From NCBI GenBank assembly GCA_051362555.1, contig CM120643.1, positions 24,556,848 to 24,620,847 of the forward strand: a stretch of 64,000 nt of DNA, written 5' to 3'. Source of the stretch: Lingula anatina (lineage: Eukaryota; Animalia; Brachiopoda). Positions 1 through 11,994 of this stretch are shown here, in pieces. Below the pieces are notes generated by a model that worked only from the letters and a program-made list of their open reading frames with translations, did not search any database and had not been told where the DNA came from. Position numbers and translations under genes: made by a program. Each line of letters opens with the position of its first letter. The first letter of the stretch is position 1.

Positions 1-3000
1 TTTCAGTGGACTGCCTTCTACATAATTACCTTTATGTAAACATTTCTGCAAACTGGACACCCAATCTGGAACTTGGTCACTTAAAAATGGTTTAAGACGG
101 TCATGGTGCACGATCTTCATTTTACACTTAGGTTTGCCTTTCACTGCAAACAACAAATCACTGTGCTTTTTGACAACAACAAAAGGTCCTTGCCATATGT
201 CACGTTTCAGCTTTGGGCTCAGTCCCACTGTTCTAGTGCTATCTAGTAAGTACACCAAGTCACCAACTTTATAGTTATTTTTCGAAATACGGGTGTCATG
301 GTCTCTTTTCTGCCTTTGAAAGTCCTTTTTCAAATGCAATCTCACTATTTCATGAATTCTAGTCATTTTCTCTTGCAACATTTTGACATACTCTGAAGGA
401 GACGTCACAGATCGGTCTTCTGGTGGTTTTCCAAAGATCAGTTCTGTAGCTGTGTGAACTTCTCTGCCTAACATAAGCAAATTAGGGGAATAACCAGTGC
501 TTTCATGTTTACAGCACCTGTATGCTGCAGTCAATAAAGGCAAATGAATGTCCCAATCCCGTTGATCTTCTGACACATAAGCTGATATCATGTCACATAA
601 CACAATATTGAATCTCTCCACCATTCCATTTCCTGAGGGATGATAGCTGGATGTTCGGGTTTTATTTATTTCTAATAGTTGACATACTTGTTTGAATAAC
701 TGTGACTCATAGTTGCTACCTTGGTCTGAATGGAGATCAAGGGGTAGGCCAAATCTAGAGAAAAACTCTGTCACTAGCTTGTGTGCTACAGTTTTAGCTG
801 ATATGTCAGGGATGGCATAGCACTCCACCCATTTGGAAAACTGGTCCATTGCTAAAAGAATATATTTATTGCCTCTTTCACTGACTGGAAAAGGTCCTAA
901 GATGTCTGTTGCCACTCTGTCCATGGGAGCGCCTACAGCATATCTTATCAAAGGAGCCTTAGGTCTCGACCGTGGTCTTTTTCTCCCACCACAAATAGCA
1001 CATCTTCTTATGTAATCTCTTACACTTTCTTTCATCTTGTACCAGTAGAAGTGTCTTTTCAACTTGCTCACTGTTTTCTTGACGCCAAGGTGACCTGACG
1101 TGACTTTGTCATGCACGCCATTCATCACCTCGTTCCTCATCTCTCTCGGAACCAATATCTGTAAAAAGGAACCTGTCTTATCTAAAGTTTCCCATCTTTT
1201 ATATAAAATGCCCTCCTGCAGCTCAAGTTGGTCCCAAAGCAACCATAACTGTCGTACTGCAGGACTTTCTGCGGCCACTTTATCTCTTTCTGGTCTCTGT
1301 GATGACTGTTCCTTCCAGTACAGCACAGTCTTCAACTCAGGGTCTTTACACTGCAAATTAAACAATTCATTCACAGTGTAACTGCCCAGCCACTCGGCTG
1401 GAAGTCTATCTCTGTCACTCTCAGATTCACTGAGATCTGTATCTTCATCACCATGAGAAAAATCTTGATCCTTGAATGTCAAGTTTTCTCTAGGCAGCAC
1501 TTCCCTTTTCTTGGAAACTCTCATCCTTCGAAGAGAAAGTGCTCTAACTTCCTTAAAGATACACTTGAATTTCATGGTCACCCAGCTCAGGATTACAAAG
1601 AACAATGTCAGTAGGGTGTAAAGGCCTGTCAATAAAACTGAACAAGCTGCTGTATACACACGTTTTACTGGACATTTTCCTCGGTTTCCCGTTGCTTGAC
1701 CACTGCCACAGACTCCGTTGTCTGATTTTAGTTCTTTCTTTCGGTTTTCTGTCACTCGTCTGGTTACTAAAGGGACGACTTCTTCTTCCAGATATCTGGA
1801 CCATTGTTCATGTTTCTTCTTACACTGTACGCAACCCTCGCATGGCAATTTGCTTAAAATGGACTCCCCATCATAGCATGTACACTCATCTGGGTCGCAT
1901 GGAAATCTCGATATTGCATCTGCGTTACCGTGTCTGGCCCCTGCTCGGTGTTCTATTTTAAAATCAAACTGTGATAGCACTTCCAGCCATCTGGCCATCT
2001 GATCATTGGGCTCCTTAAAGGACATAACCCATCGGAGGGCACTGTGATCGCTTCGTACCAAAAACTGTCTACCCAATAAATGGTGTCTAAATTGTTGAAC
2101 AAAGGTAACAACGGCAAGCAGTTCTTTTCTAGTCACGCAGTAACGGCGTTGAGTTTTCGTCAATGACTTACATGTACTTGCATACGCGACTGGTTTCTCT
2201 ATTTCTTTCTGGGTCTTCTCACACCACTGTAACTGAGATAAAACGGCACCAATGCCCGTGGCTGAAGCATCAGTGTCAAGAATGTACAATCCTTCGTCTC
2301 TCGGATACGCCATTACCTCATTACCTGTAAGGGCACTTTTGAGGTCCTCAAATGCTGTCTGACAAGAGTCCGTCCAAGTAAACGCCTGGCCGGCCTGGAG
2401 CAGGTAATTAATTGGAGCAGCTCTTGTTGAAAATCCTCTAATAAATCTACGATAATATTAGCACAGTCCTAGAAAACTACGTACATCAGTCAGATTCCTG
2501 GGAACTGGCCATTTCTTTATACACTCTACCTTCTCAGGATCTGGTTTAACGCCATCTTGTGTCACTACATGTCCCAAAAACTGAACTTCAGTCTGGAACA
2601 ACCTGCATTTGCTTGGTTTCAGTTTTAGTCCTGCTTTCCCAAGACGATTAAAAACCTCGTCAAGTCTCTTATAGTGTTCTTCAAATGATTTACCAAACAC
2701 AATAATGTCATCGAGGTAAATCAACACTGTCTGCCACTGCAAACCACGTAAAATCAGTTCCATACACCGTTCGAAGGTTGAAGGAGAATTAGAAAGACCA
2801 AAAGGCATAACATTATATTCGTATAACCCATTTCTGGTCACAAATGCAGTCTTTGGCTTATCTTCTTCTGCTACCTCGATTTGATAATACCCGCTCTGGC
2901 AATCAGCTATTGAGAAGAAAATTGAACCACCAAGAGAGTCTAAACAGTCATTTATTCGAGGAAGAGGGTAAGCATCTTTCACTGTTACATCATTTAAGTG

Positions 3001-4230
3001 TCTATAGTCAACACAGGGTCTTGTTGTTCCATCCTTTTTCTTGACATAAACTAGTGGAGCTGACCAAGGTGAGGTGGACTCTCTAATAACACCATTTTGG
3101 AGCTGTTCCTGAATTATTTTCTCTTCTTCTCCAGCAAACGCTCTAGGGGGTCTTCTGGGCTGCTGTTTTATGGGTCTTGCATCACCAGTGACGATCTTAT
3201 GCTTCACGACAGATGTGTGACCCATGTCACTGGAAGACTTGGCAAAAACATCACTGTGCTTCTGCAGGAGTTTCTTTAATTCACATCTTTCAAAGTCAGT
3301 CAAATTCTCACCTGACTGTTTATAGAGGTCAGCCAGGTACTCAGGCAATTCTGGGCTATGAAGGGTTAAGTCTGACTTTTGTTTACCAGGGGTTAAGTCT
3401 GCTCGTAAGGTGGGCACAGAAAGGCTATCTTCAAGTTTATGACCAATCACATGGTCTACTTCATGTAAATGAGCAACGCAGGTGTCTTTCAAAAGTGAAA
3501 TGTCTTCATTAGAAGGGTTAAGGAGTCTCACAGGTATTTTATTGTCTCTTGTGAAAGGATCAACTAGCACATGTCCGATCAGAAAATCACTTGACTTCTC
3601 TGGAATTGCCTCTACCAGTCCCAATCCTGATTTTATTTTGCTAGAATCAACTGTCCCTTCTATGATCAACTCACTGTTTGCAGGAATAATAACATCATTA
3701 GTCACTGTCACTCTAAAGGCATGCTTTGGTTCCCTCTCAACCAAACAAGGCACTCTCTTCCCATTAAGTTTCAGTCCGTTCACACCCAGTGAAAAATCAT
3801 GATGGCACAGGAAGTCCATTCCTAACAAACCATCGTCCTTTATTTTTGCTACAAGCATGTCCCAAATAAACACTTCTTCACCAGACTGAAATTTTATTTC
3901 TACATGGCCTTCAATTTCAATGTTTCTACTGTCTGCAACCTGCAACTGCAATTTTCTATGAGTCTTTTTCAGTTCAGGTCTAAAATCATGGGGAATTTGT
4001 TCATAACTGTGGGTAGATATAATTGTTTTTGACGCACCAGTGTCTACAATAAAGTTCACTTCTTGGTCCCGAATCTTCACTGGCCAAGAAACACTAGCAT
4101 TTCTACAACTGATTGTTTCAATGTCACTGCCAACAGGTGTTTTTAGGGGTTCATTCTGGCCGGCTGGAATGCCCCTTCTCAGTTTCCCTGGTTGTTTACA
4201 TGCAGAGCCTCTTTCACAGGTGCCTTGCAT
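1..4230 (-). pseudogene. pol: Gypsy Pol (PR-RT-RNaseH-IN) with one premature stop
   Basis: Protease IVDTGAS and RT YLDD. TAA at 2458-2460 in FLGLC*YYRRFI. The same frame continues with RNase H (ILDTDAS, ELLAVV, SDHSAL) and integrase (GHLG..CAIC; DILGP, SDQG, VERFN; GPF) to the window edge. Confidence 0.92.
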
Positions 4231-5306
4231 TCTCTTGCCAGATGCCCATATCTATGGCACTTGAAACACTCTATGTTGTTCTTCCAATTTTCTGACTTGG
4301 GTGGTGGAGGACTTTTCGTGTCTTTTGCTTTCTCTTTCAATATCAAATCTTTAATTTCATCTAACTTCTTGTCAAACTTCTTTTCAAGCTGGTGTAGCTG
4401 ACTTTCTGTTACAACAGCCTCAGGATTTGCTGCCCTAACACTTGGTCTTTTCACTGCCTCTTCTCTTAGACTGTTATACATTTCAAGGGCCTCCCTTGCT
4501 TCGTCTAGATTTTTGGGCGTTTTCATGCCCACTGCCACGGCGGCTTGATGGTCTGGCAACCCTTTTATGAAGTGGCGCAATGCAATGGTCTCACGTGTGG
4601 TGCAGTCAGCTGTCGGGTAACCTTTTAACACTAACTTTCTAATATCGGATATGTACTCTGGCAGTTTCTCTCTTGAACTAAGCTTTCTATTTTCTAGCTC
4701 TGACAGATAGGAGCTTGTAGTACGCTTTTCTTGAAATCGGTTTTGCAACGCCCTCTGTAGCAGAGGGTAGGAATTTACCACTTCTGCTGACAACTGCACA
4801 AAGGCGAAATCAGCAGCCTCACCACGCAGACTGTTACATAATCTAAACAGTTTCTCAGACTCACTCCATTCACAAGTCTGGCTTAGTGCTTTGAATGGTT
4901 CAATGAAACCCTCCCAGGATTCTTTTCCACTAAAGAGAGTCTGTCTGGGCAAAGGTATTTCAAAGTTACTACGGCCGTTAATTCTGTGAAATGGGGTAAG
5001 TGTAGGGGTTATTGTTTCTGATATGCGGTCATTCTGGGCTCTGTGTTCTATTTCTGTCTCTTTCTGTCGCTCTAGGGCTCTGACTCTCTGTTCTGCAGCC
5101 TCAGCACGTGCCTCTAAGATGTCAGCATTCTCTTTAGCATTTCTTAGTAATCTTTCTTTTTCTGCCTCTGCTTCTTCTACAGCAACTTGTATTCTGTGAG
5201 TAGAATTTTCTTTTTCAGCTTCAAGAGCTCTGCAGGCTTCTTCTAACTGTTCCTCCAGGTTTCTCACTTCCTCCTGGTCAGATCTGTTGTCCTTTTTAGG
5301 AGGCAT
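4179..5306 (-). CDS. gag: Gypsy Gag
   Basis: 375-aa ORF with N-terminal coiled coil, capsid-like region and zinc knuckle CFKCHRYGHLAREC. Ends at slippery heptamer GGGAAAC (4182-4188) overlapping the pol frame. Confidence 0.92.
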   Translation of the reverse strand: MPPKKDNRSDQEEVRNLEEQLEEACRALEAEKENSTHRIQVAVEEAEAEKERLLRNAKENADILEARAEAAEQRVRALERQKETEIEHRAQNDRISETITPTLTPFHRINGRSNFEIPLPRQTLFSGKESWEGFIEPFKALSQTCEWSESEKLFRLCNSLRGEAADFAFVQLSAEVVNSYPLLQRALQNRFQEKRTTSSYLSELENRKLSSREKLPEYISDIRKLVLKGYPTADCTTRETIALRHFIKGLPDHQAAVAVGMKTPKNLDEAREALEMYNSLREEAVKRPSVRAANPEAVVTESQLHQLEKKFDKKLDEIKDLILKEKAKDTKSPPPPKSENWKNNIECFKCHRYGHLARECKAPVKEALHVNNQGN

Positions 5307-5388
5307 TTTGAATTTCTTGACTTTTTCTTTGATTTCTTGAGTTTTTCTCTTGGCGTGTTAAAGTCTGTATCCCAGCGCTTGCCACCAG

Positions 5389-6003
5389 TGTAAAGGTCTC
5401 CACTTTTCTGCCACCAGTGTACGGTTCTCTTACTTCGCTGCCACCAACAAAACAAGGTCTCTGTTTTGTAAACTTTATTTCTACGAATAACTCTCAACAC
5501 AAATGTACATGTTTCTGTATCTTTTACTAAACACTGTCTCTATTCTTGCTGTACTGCTGTACTTCTAATTTAAACAACTGCAACTCAGCTACAATAAACT
5601 AACTGGAACTATATTGTGAAACTGACTCAAACTAAGTTGTGAAACTAAGTCTGACACTATACTCTCACTGAGTACTGCCACTATACTCTACAGTAACTCT
5701 AACTGAACTCTAACTGGCCAACACTGCGAAGAGCAGCTGTATTTATACATTTCAAAAGTCGACGGCCTTGAATGGTTCACCGCTACTTTGACTGGCAGCC
5801 AGAGTAAAAGTGGACGGCCTTGAATGGTTGACCGCCAACCCCTCTACTGGACACCACAATCCCCTCTTTCGTAAACTGATACCACTTACAAGCCATTCCA
5901 ACTTAAGGTTCAAAGTTCAACAACACACTAGCCGAATGTAAACAAAAGGCTACAGCTTACTGTAGTAATTTTTCATGAATTAAAGCTATGTAAAACCGTT
6001 ACA
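5389..6003 (-). repeat. Gypsy 5' LTR (TGTAAC...TTTACA)
   Basis: TG...CA ends, TATA-like TATAAAT near 5742-5748 on the minus strand, followed by PBS-like CTGGTGGCAAGCGCTGGGAT. The inner end could instead be 5418. The second LTR is outside the window. Confidence 0.7.
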
Positions 6004-6007
6004 ATAC

Positions 6008-7055
6008 CAGTAAGCTTTGGATCATTCTGAATTTTTGCCATGATGTTCTATGATGTCTTTTGTCAAAGATCCAGTGTCACCTTTGGCACCAGGTGGTCCC
6101 TGACAGAACAAATAAGACATTAACATGTAAACAAACATGTTAGTGATGACAGTTATATTTAAAAGATTTTCTTTTTAATTACTTATACTGAGCGTTAGAT
6201 GATTTGAAGCATTTGCCAGTATTGGAACATGATTACATTAATTATGTCTTTTTATGCTTTGATAATCAAAATGAGAGAAACTTGTAATATACAAATTTAT
6301 CACCTGCAACCCCTCCCTTACATTTAACCCTGGGAGACTATCTCTACCATCTCGTCCATTTTTCCCATCTTTTCCTGGTGGACCTTGAGGACCCTGAGGA
6401 CCTTGTGGTCAGCAATGACTGCCAACTGAAAGTGGAGTTCCCAGTTGGTTCTGTTTAGGATGTGCTTACTTAATTTTGCACTTCAAATAATCTACCAGAG
6501 CATCTAGAATGCATGTCTGATTTCTTTATGCCAAAGATGCACAATGGTTGTTCGTTTATGCCCCTTTTTAAACATATTTAGCTTGTTATAAGTTACACAA
6601 GCCAAGCAAGTAAACTCCCACTTTATAAAAACTGTTGTGTTAGGATCCAACATTTTATATGACCCAAGAATAAATATTATGCAGTACTCACAGTTGCAAG
6701 GTACTTGTCTTTTGGTTAAGTAATGGGTTTTGTTATCACCATCATTTGAGTACTGGGAGGTAGGGTTTTCAGTGTTTGGTAACAGTTCTTCCAGTTTAAG
6801 GCTTATTTCCCGTATTTTTGCCTAAAATACGGTAGCTTTGTAGGTTATAAATTTAAAGATGTTCTTGGGCATCTTTTTTCAGCCTTTCCTTTGACAATAA
6901 AATCTTAAATCTTTTGCTATTTTCACAATTCTTTTATTTTAAAACAATGTGATATCATCTTGATTAAGATATTTTGTATTGCAATTCAATATATAAGCAA
7001 TCTGTGTGTTCTCAGTATGTGTCTGACAGTTGAAAAATTCTAGGAGGATATTCTT

Positions 7056-7110
<55 letters not shown>

Positions 7111-7431
7111 CTAAAGCAATACTATATTTATAATATGAATGTTAAAAATTTATAGCTCTAGCTCTGTTGCATATTTTTCTACCTTCATGTTTTTATTTTC
7201 TATTTTGAATGTGTGAACATCTGCTTCCAATTTCTTCAACTTGGAAATTTCTACTTTAAACCTGCGGTTTTCCTCCCTCAGCATTTGGCTTCCATGTTTT
7301 AGTCGGATTATCTCTTGTTCTTGTCTGTCTAGTCTTTCAACCAGTTTCATCAATGCATCATCACTGACTTCAACATGTTGTGCATTTGGTGTCATTGCTG
7401 TCATAACAACAGCAGTTATAATGAGAAACAT
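6008..7431 (-). pseudogene. Short-chain collagen C4-like paralogue A1 (5' part, disrupted)
   Basis: Exons 7183-7431, 6692-6821, 6304-6425, 6008-6099. TGA in exon 3 (C*PQG), Gly substitutions (RDSLPGLNVREG), 2-nt frameshift in exon 4 relative to copy A3, and Gypsy insertion at donor +5. Confidence 0.85.
7059..7106. repeat. (TA)n microsatellite
   Basis: Direct reading. Others at about 20803-20839 and 57144-57212. Confidence 0.9.
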
Positions 7432-8107
7432 ATATACTCTTCACCATGGTGTATGTCATTACAGTGATATGTCTGTGTAATGTATCACCCTATTCTGGGT
7501 CCCTGATGTAAAGTTTAAATATGATATGTAGTTGTTTATATAAAGAGAACCATGTGTCCATTAGTTTGTTTGACACAATTTGATATAAGGTGAGAGCTTT
7601 AAACTGCAAAGGTGGTCTTTTTTATGTATATCCTTAATCAAGATGTGTTGTGCACATTAAGTATAATGGTAAAACATGACATTAATTATTGCATTAAAGT
7701 ATGAAAAGGGACAGGAAAACTGTGCAGAAAAGAAAAAAGAAAAAAATAAGCTCTTCACAGTTACTTTATTTACTCTACATGCAGACACAAATCAAAAGCA
7801 TATAGTAATATTTGGAATATTTAATTCAATTTTCATGAATAAATCAAAAACCTAGACTACAGGGTACATGCAGGTCATTAAAATTTGCTGCTGAAAATTA
7901 AATGGAAATTGCCTGTAACATAAAGCAGTCCTTGAAGTAGTTCTAGCCTAATAAAAATTAAATATGTGTATCATTTATTTAGTAGTTTAAGTGGTAGCTA
8001 TAGGAAATAACACATTTTAATTCAACATTATTTAGGTCATATTATATGAAAAAACTGGCACTGATAAACCATTCTTCTGGTCATAGGTCATTCATTCAAC
8101 TTATTCA

Positions 8108-8445
8108 TATAGTCACTGTTTAGTGCAGACAGCACAGGTATGTCTCCTTATGGTCATTGTAAAATGTGGATCTTATTAACCATATTGAATATTATTGTCA
8201 CAACCGGTATTTAGAGCAGACAACACAGGTCAGTCTTGGTATGGTCACTATTTAGTACAGGCAACACAGGTCAGTCTTATTGTGATGGTCACTATTCAGT
8301 AAAGACAACACAGGTCAGTCTTATTGTTATGGTCACTATTCAGTAAAGACAACACAGGTCAGTCTTATTGCTATGGTCACTATTCAGTAAAGACAACACA
8401 GGTCAGTCTTATTGTTATGGTCACTATTTCGTACAGACAACACAT
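8108..8445. repeat. 44-bp tandem repeat derived from the last codons, stop and start of the 3'UTR
   Basis: Unit ATGGTCACTATTCAGTAAAGACAACACAGGTCAGTCTTATTGTT at 8241, 8285, 8329, 8373 and 8417, plus degenerate copies to the left. Confidence 0.85.
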
Positions 8446-9563
8446 GCTACTTCTCTTCCATCCACATATGGTGGACAGGGGAGGGAACCACATTTAACCT
8501 CAGCAGCATAGAACAGGCCACCATCTTTGTTTTCATGACCCCCAGCTACCACTTCTGGAGCTTCATCAAGGCAGACAAACTCTGATCTCTGCAGTGTGTC
8601 ATGATCTGATACCAGGTATCCATTGTACTCTGTTGTCCACCCAGCTGGACATGTCTTCTTGGCTGGTATCATCACATGACTGGGCCGTGTTTGGGTGTAG
8701 CATACTGCACAGGGGGCATCATGCTGAATAAATTCCTGACCTCCTGTATTGGATGTTGAAAAAATATTAGATTTAATATGTTCATATTCTACACCATGTA
8801 TGTAAGAACCTAAATCTTGCCCTCCATCTTGGTATTTCCCCCACTCTGGTGTCTGTGGCAAACACAGGTAATTACTGCCTCCTCCAGTTTTGCTGTAATG
8901 GGATCCAGCAGATATCCCTGATATTAAAAAAGATAAAATGAATTTTTTTAGATTTAAACTAACTATATAGGTGTAAAATTTAAAATAAAAATGTATGAAT
9001 ATATTTAAATAATTATTATTATTATCTTGAAGGCAAGTAAAACCTCACTTTAAAGGCCTGAGTTTTTATTAATTTACCTTTGTACAAAAGCTTTGAATGC
9101 GTTGAACAAGTTGTTCTGCCCCAACGTGTGTACACTGCCCCACCATGGCTGGTATTGGCTGGTAGACCTAAAAACATACAGTAAATCTAGACAAACATGT
9201 TGTATACACTGCCCCACCATGGCTGGTATTGGCTGGTAAACCTGAAAACATACATTAAACATAGAGAACCATATCGTGAACACTGCTCCAACATGGCTGG
9301 TATTGGCTGGTAAACCCGAAAACATATATTGAACCTAGAGAACCATATTGTATGCCCATTATGGCTGGAAGTGCTCTTACACAAGATACCATGAAAATGC
9401 ACACTTTCAAAACAGACATCTTTATGATCAACTTAATGTTGCCCAGCAATCTTTAGCCCATTCATCAGTATAGCTCTCTTATAAGGGTAAAACCTTCAAT
9501 AAAATGGAAAAAAATGAATCTTAGAAGTCAGTGCAGAGAAATGTAAAACGGATCCCCCCCCCC

Positions 9564-9596
<33 letters not shown>

Positions 9597-11994
9597 AACA
9601 TAATCAAAAGGAAGAGATTCATGTAGTTAAAGCACCAGACAAACCTGTAGGTGGCACTCCTATCTGAGCTCCAATTTGTCCCAGCATTTGTTTGAGTGTA
9701 TCCAATGTTAGAGATCCTGGGTCCCCTTTAGGTCCAGGTGGTCCCTTGGGAAATTGAACAAAAATATTGGAAATGCTATTATTACACATAGGAATGTATA
9801 TTAACAGAATTATAAACTGGTGATATCAATTATAGATCTGTTATCTATGAGTTGATTATTTGGAATAACATGTCAAGAACATTTTCAGAAGTATATCTCA
9901 TGGAACACTTAATATTTCCCATTTTTCATGATATTTTAAAAAAGTAGAAAACAGTTTAATGTGTATTTTTTGATATTTCAAGAATTGGATATCATAGTTC
10001 ATAGATTACATTATTGTCTAATTTTAAATCAAAACTAATATAAATATTCAACCATAATTTTGAATTACAAAACTAGCATAGATCGATATAGCCATCATGC
10101 TAAGTTTTACCTGTATTCCATCTCTGCCATCTTTACCATCTCTCCCAGGTAATCCCTGTGGACACTGAACACTGCTCCCTGAGGAATTGACAACTGAAAA
10201 GTATATATTAGTAATACATTTTTTTATTTCTTTGGATAATAACTTTGTCTTAGTGAAATCAATAAATGTATTTCATAATTACATATCAATTCTGACAGTT
10301 ACCTTACCATTCACAAGACATCAGTCAGTCATCTCAACTTGGGGCTAAACATAGCCCAGAGGTGACCTCACCCAAAATCAATCATTGTATAATACTAAGT
10401 AGTACAGGTAAATTGAAATATAATTTAAAATATCATTTTGTATCTTATATTCCACTGTTACTAGTAAGGGATTGTTCTTCATGATATTTGATATTTAAAA
10501 TGAATGTTTTATTGTTTAGAAAGATAGGGTATCATTGGATAAGACCTTATGTGGTAGCAAAATGTTTTCTGTTTTAAGTTATCATATAGAGTGCAGACCT
10601 TTACCATTACCTTGTAGTGGTGACTGATATCCAAGCAGTCCAATGATTTGCTTGAGACTGTCTACTGTTAAACCTGGGTTCTGTGGATTAATTAAGGTAT
10701 TTGTAAGATAAAGCTATGAAGTGTTCACATTTTGTCATTTCCCACAATAAGAACAAAAAATGGTATGTAGTGTTAAAATTAAATCATATCTACATAAAAA
10801 AAAAATATGTAAGATATTTATTTGGTATTTTTTCACTTTCAATTCCAACTTATTATGTCACATGTCCATGGATTCATACTGAAGAAGCAATTGTTAAATA
10901 TTATTACTAACAAAAATTATTTGTTATAGCACGTGATAGTCATGTAATTTATCACAATTGAAGATGAGTTAAATTACCCAAATTCCATCCTTCCCATCCC
11001 TGCCATCTTTTCCATCCTTACCATCCCTGCCATCTCTTCCTGGGGGTCCTTGGGGTCCTTGTACACAGCCTGAACTTACCACTAAAATACATATATTTTG
11101 ATGCTGAGTGTCAGCTTAGGGATACATGCTAATGTTATCTGTCATGTAAATATTTTCATATAGAAGGCAGGATTGTCCCACTTTGATATAAAATTTTTTC
11201 TGACATTGTAGGTGAATAGTTACCCCAACTTGAGGCCACAGCAATAACAGTCATAATCAGCAGATATTGCTTAAATACACCTACTACTTCTTATATTGTG
11301 GAACAACAGAAATAAGCATCCTATTAAATTGGGGTTTTATCATTCCCCATAATTAAATTTGGGGCATATTCCTTTAAACCTGCAGTATATTTTATCAAAT
11401 TTTGTGATATTTGGTTTTGTACCATTTTTGATTAATCAAAACTGGTGCAAAAAGTTAATATAAGACTTTAACAAATAATATTGTAACTTACAGTTTCCTT
11501 GCTGCACTTGTCTCTTGGTAATAGAATGGTGAAAGTTTGTTGCATTTTGCTCAGGAACAGTGACTGTTTGTGAATCTAGCTTCAACTTGATTTTCTGAAT
11601 ATCTGACTGATTAAAAAGATTTGATTAGTCTTTTACTATCATTTTTAATATATGGAAATTAAATTATGTAGGCTGTTAAAGATGTTAATTTTTGTTATTT
11701 GACTACAGTGAAGAGAGACAATTAAGGGATCAAACTATTGGAAAATTCACAATCATACAATTAGGCAAGTTGTGAAGCACAAAATACCTTAAGTTGTCTG
11801 TTTTCCTGTTTTACTGCAGCAACCTCCACCTCCAACCTTTTCAGGAATGCTATTTCTCGTTCTTGCTTGTCCAGTCTTTCAACCAGTTTCATCAACACAT
11901 CATTATTGACATCAGCATGATGTTGTAAAGTTGATGCAGAGACAGTAGCAACAATAAGGGCAGTGAATACATGAAAATACATGATGTGCAGCAT
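8424..11994 (-). CDS. Short-chain collagen C4-like (spongin-related) secreted protein, paralogue B1, 8 exons
   Basis: Exons 11788-11994, 11492-11606, 10978-11081, 10611-10680, 10111-10193, 9645-9744, 9078-9167, 8424-8917, all GT-AG and phase-compatible. Signal peptide, coiled coil, ITKR|Q, Gly-X-Y, NC1 (YTRWGRTTC..GGGSNYLCLP..PCAVC..MIPAK..CPxGW..LPCPPY..CVVCTK). Confidence 0.88.

Larger units (their letters stand above)
1..6003 (-). mobile_element. Ty3/Gypsy LTR retrotransposon (3' part runs off the window)
   Basis: Domain order gag-PR-RT-RNaseH-IN. 5' LTR starts TGTAACGG at 6003. A tRNA-Leu-like PBS (TGGTGGCA..) follows the LTR. Inserted 4 nt into a collagen-gene intron. Confidence 0.95.

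Noticed and set aside
833-4401. Short plus-strand ORFs over the Gypsy element
   Set aside because: Antisense to gag/pol with no recognisable motifs.
6409-6411. In-frame TGA at a Cys/Tyr position in A1 as possible selenocysteine
   Set aside because: The same copy has frameshifts, Gly substitutions and a Gypsy insertion, so simple pseudogenisation explains it.
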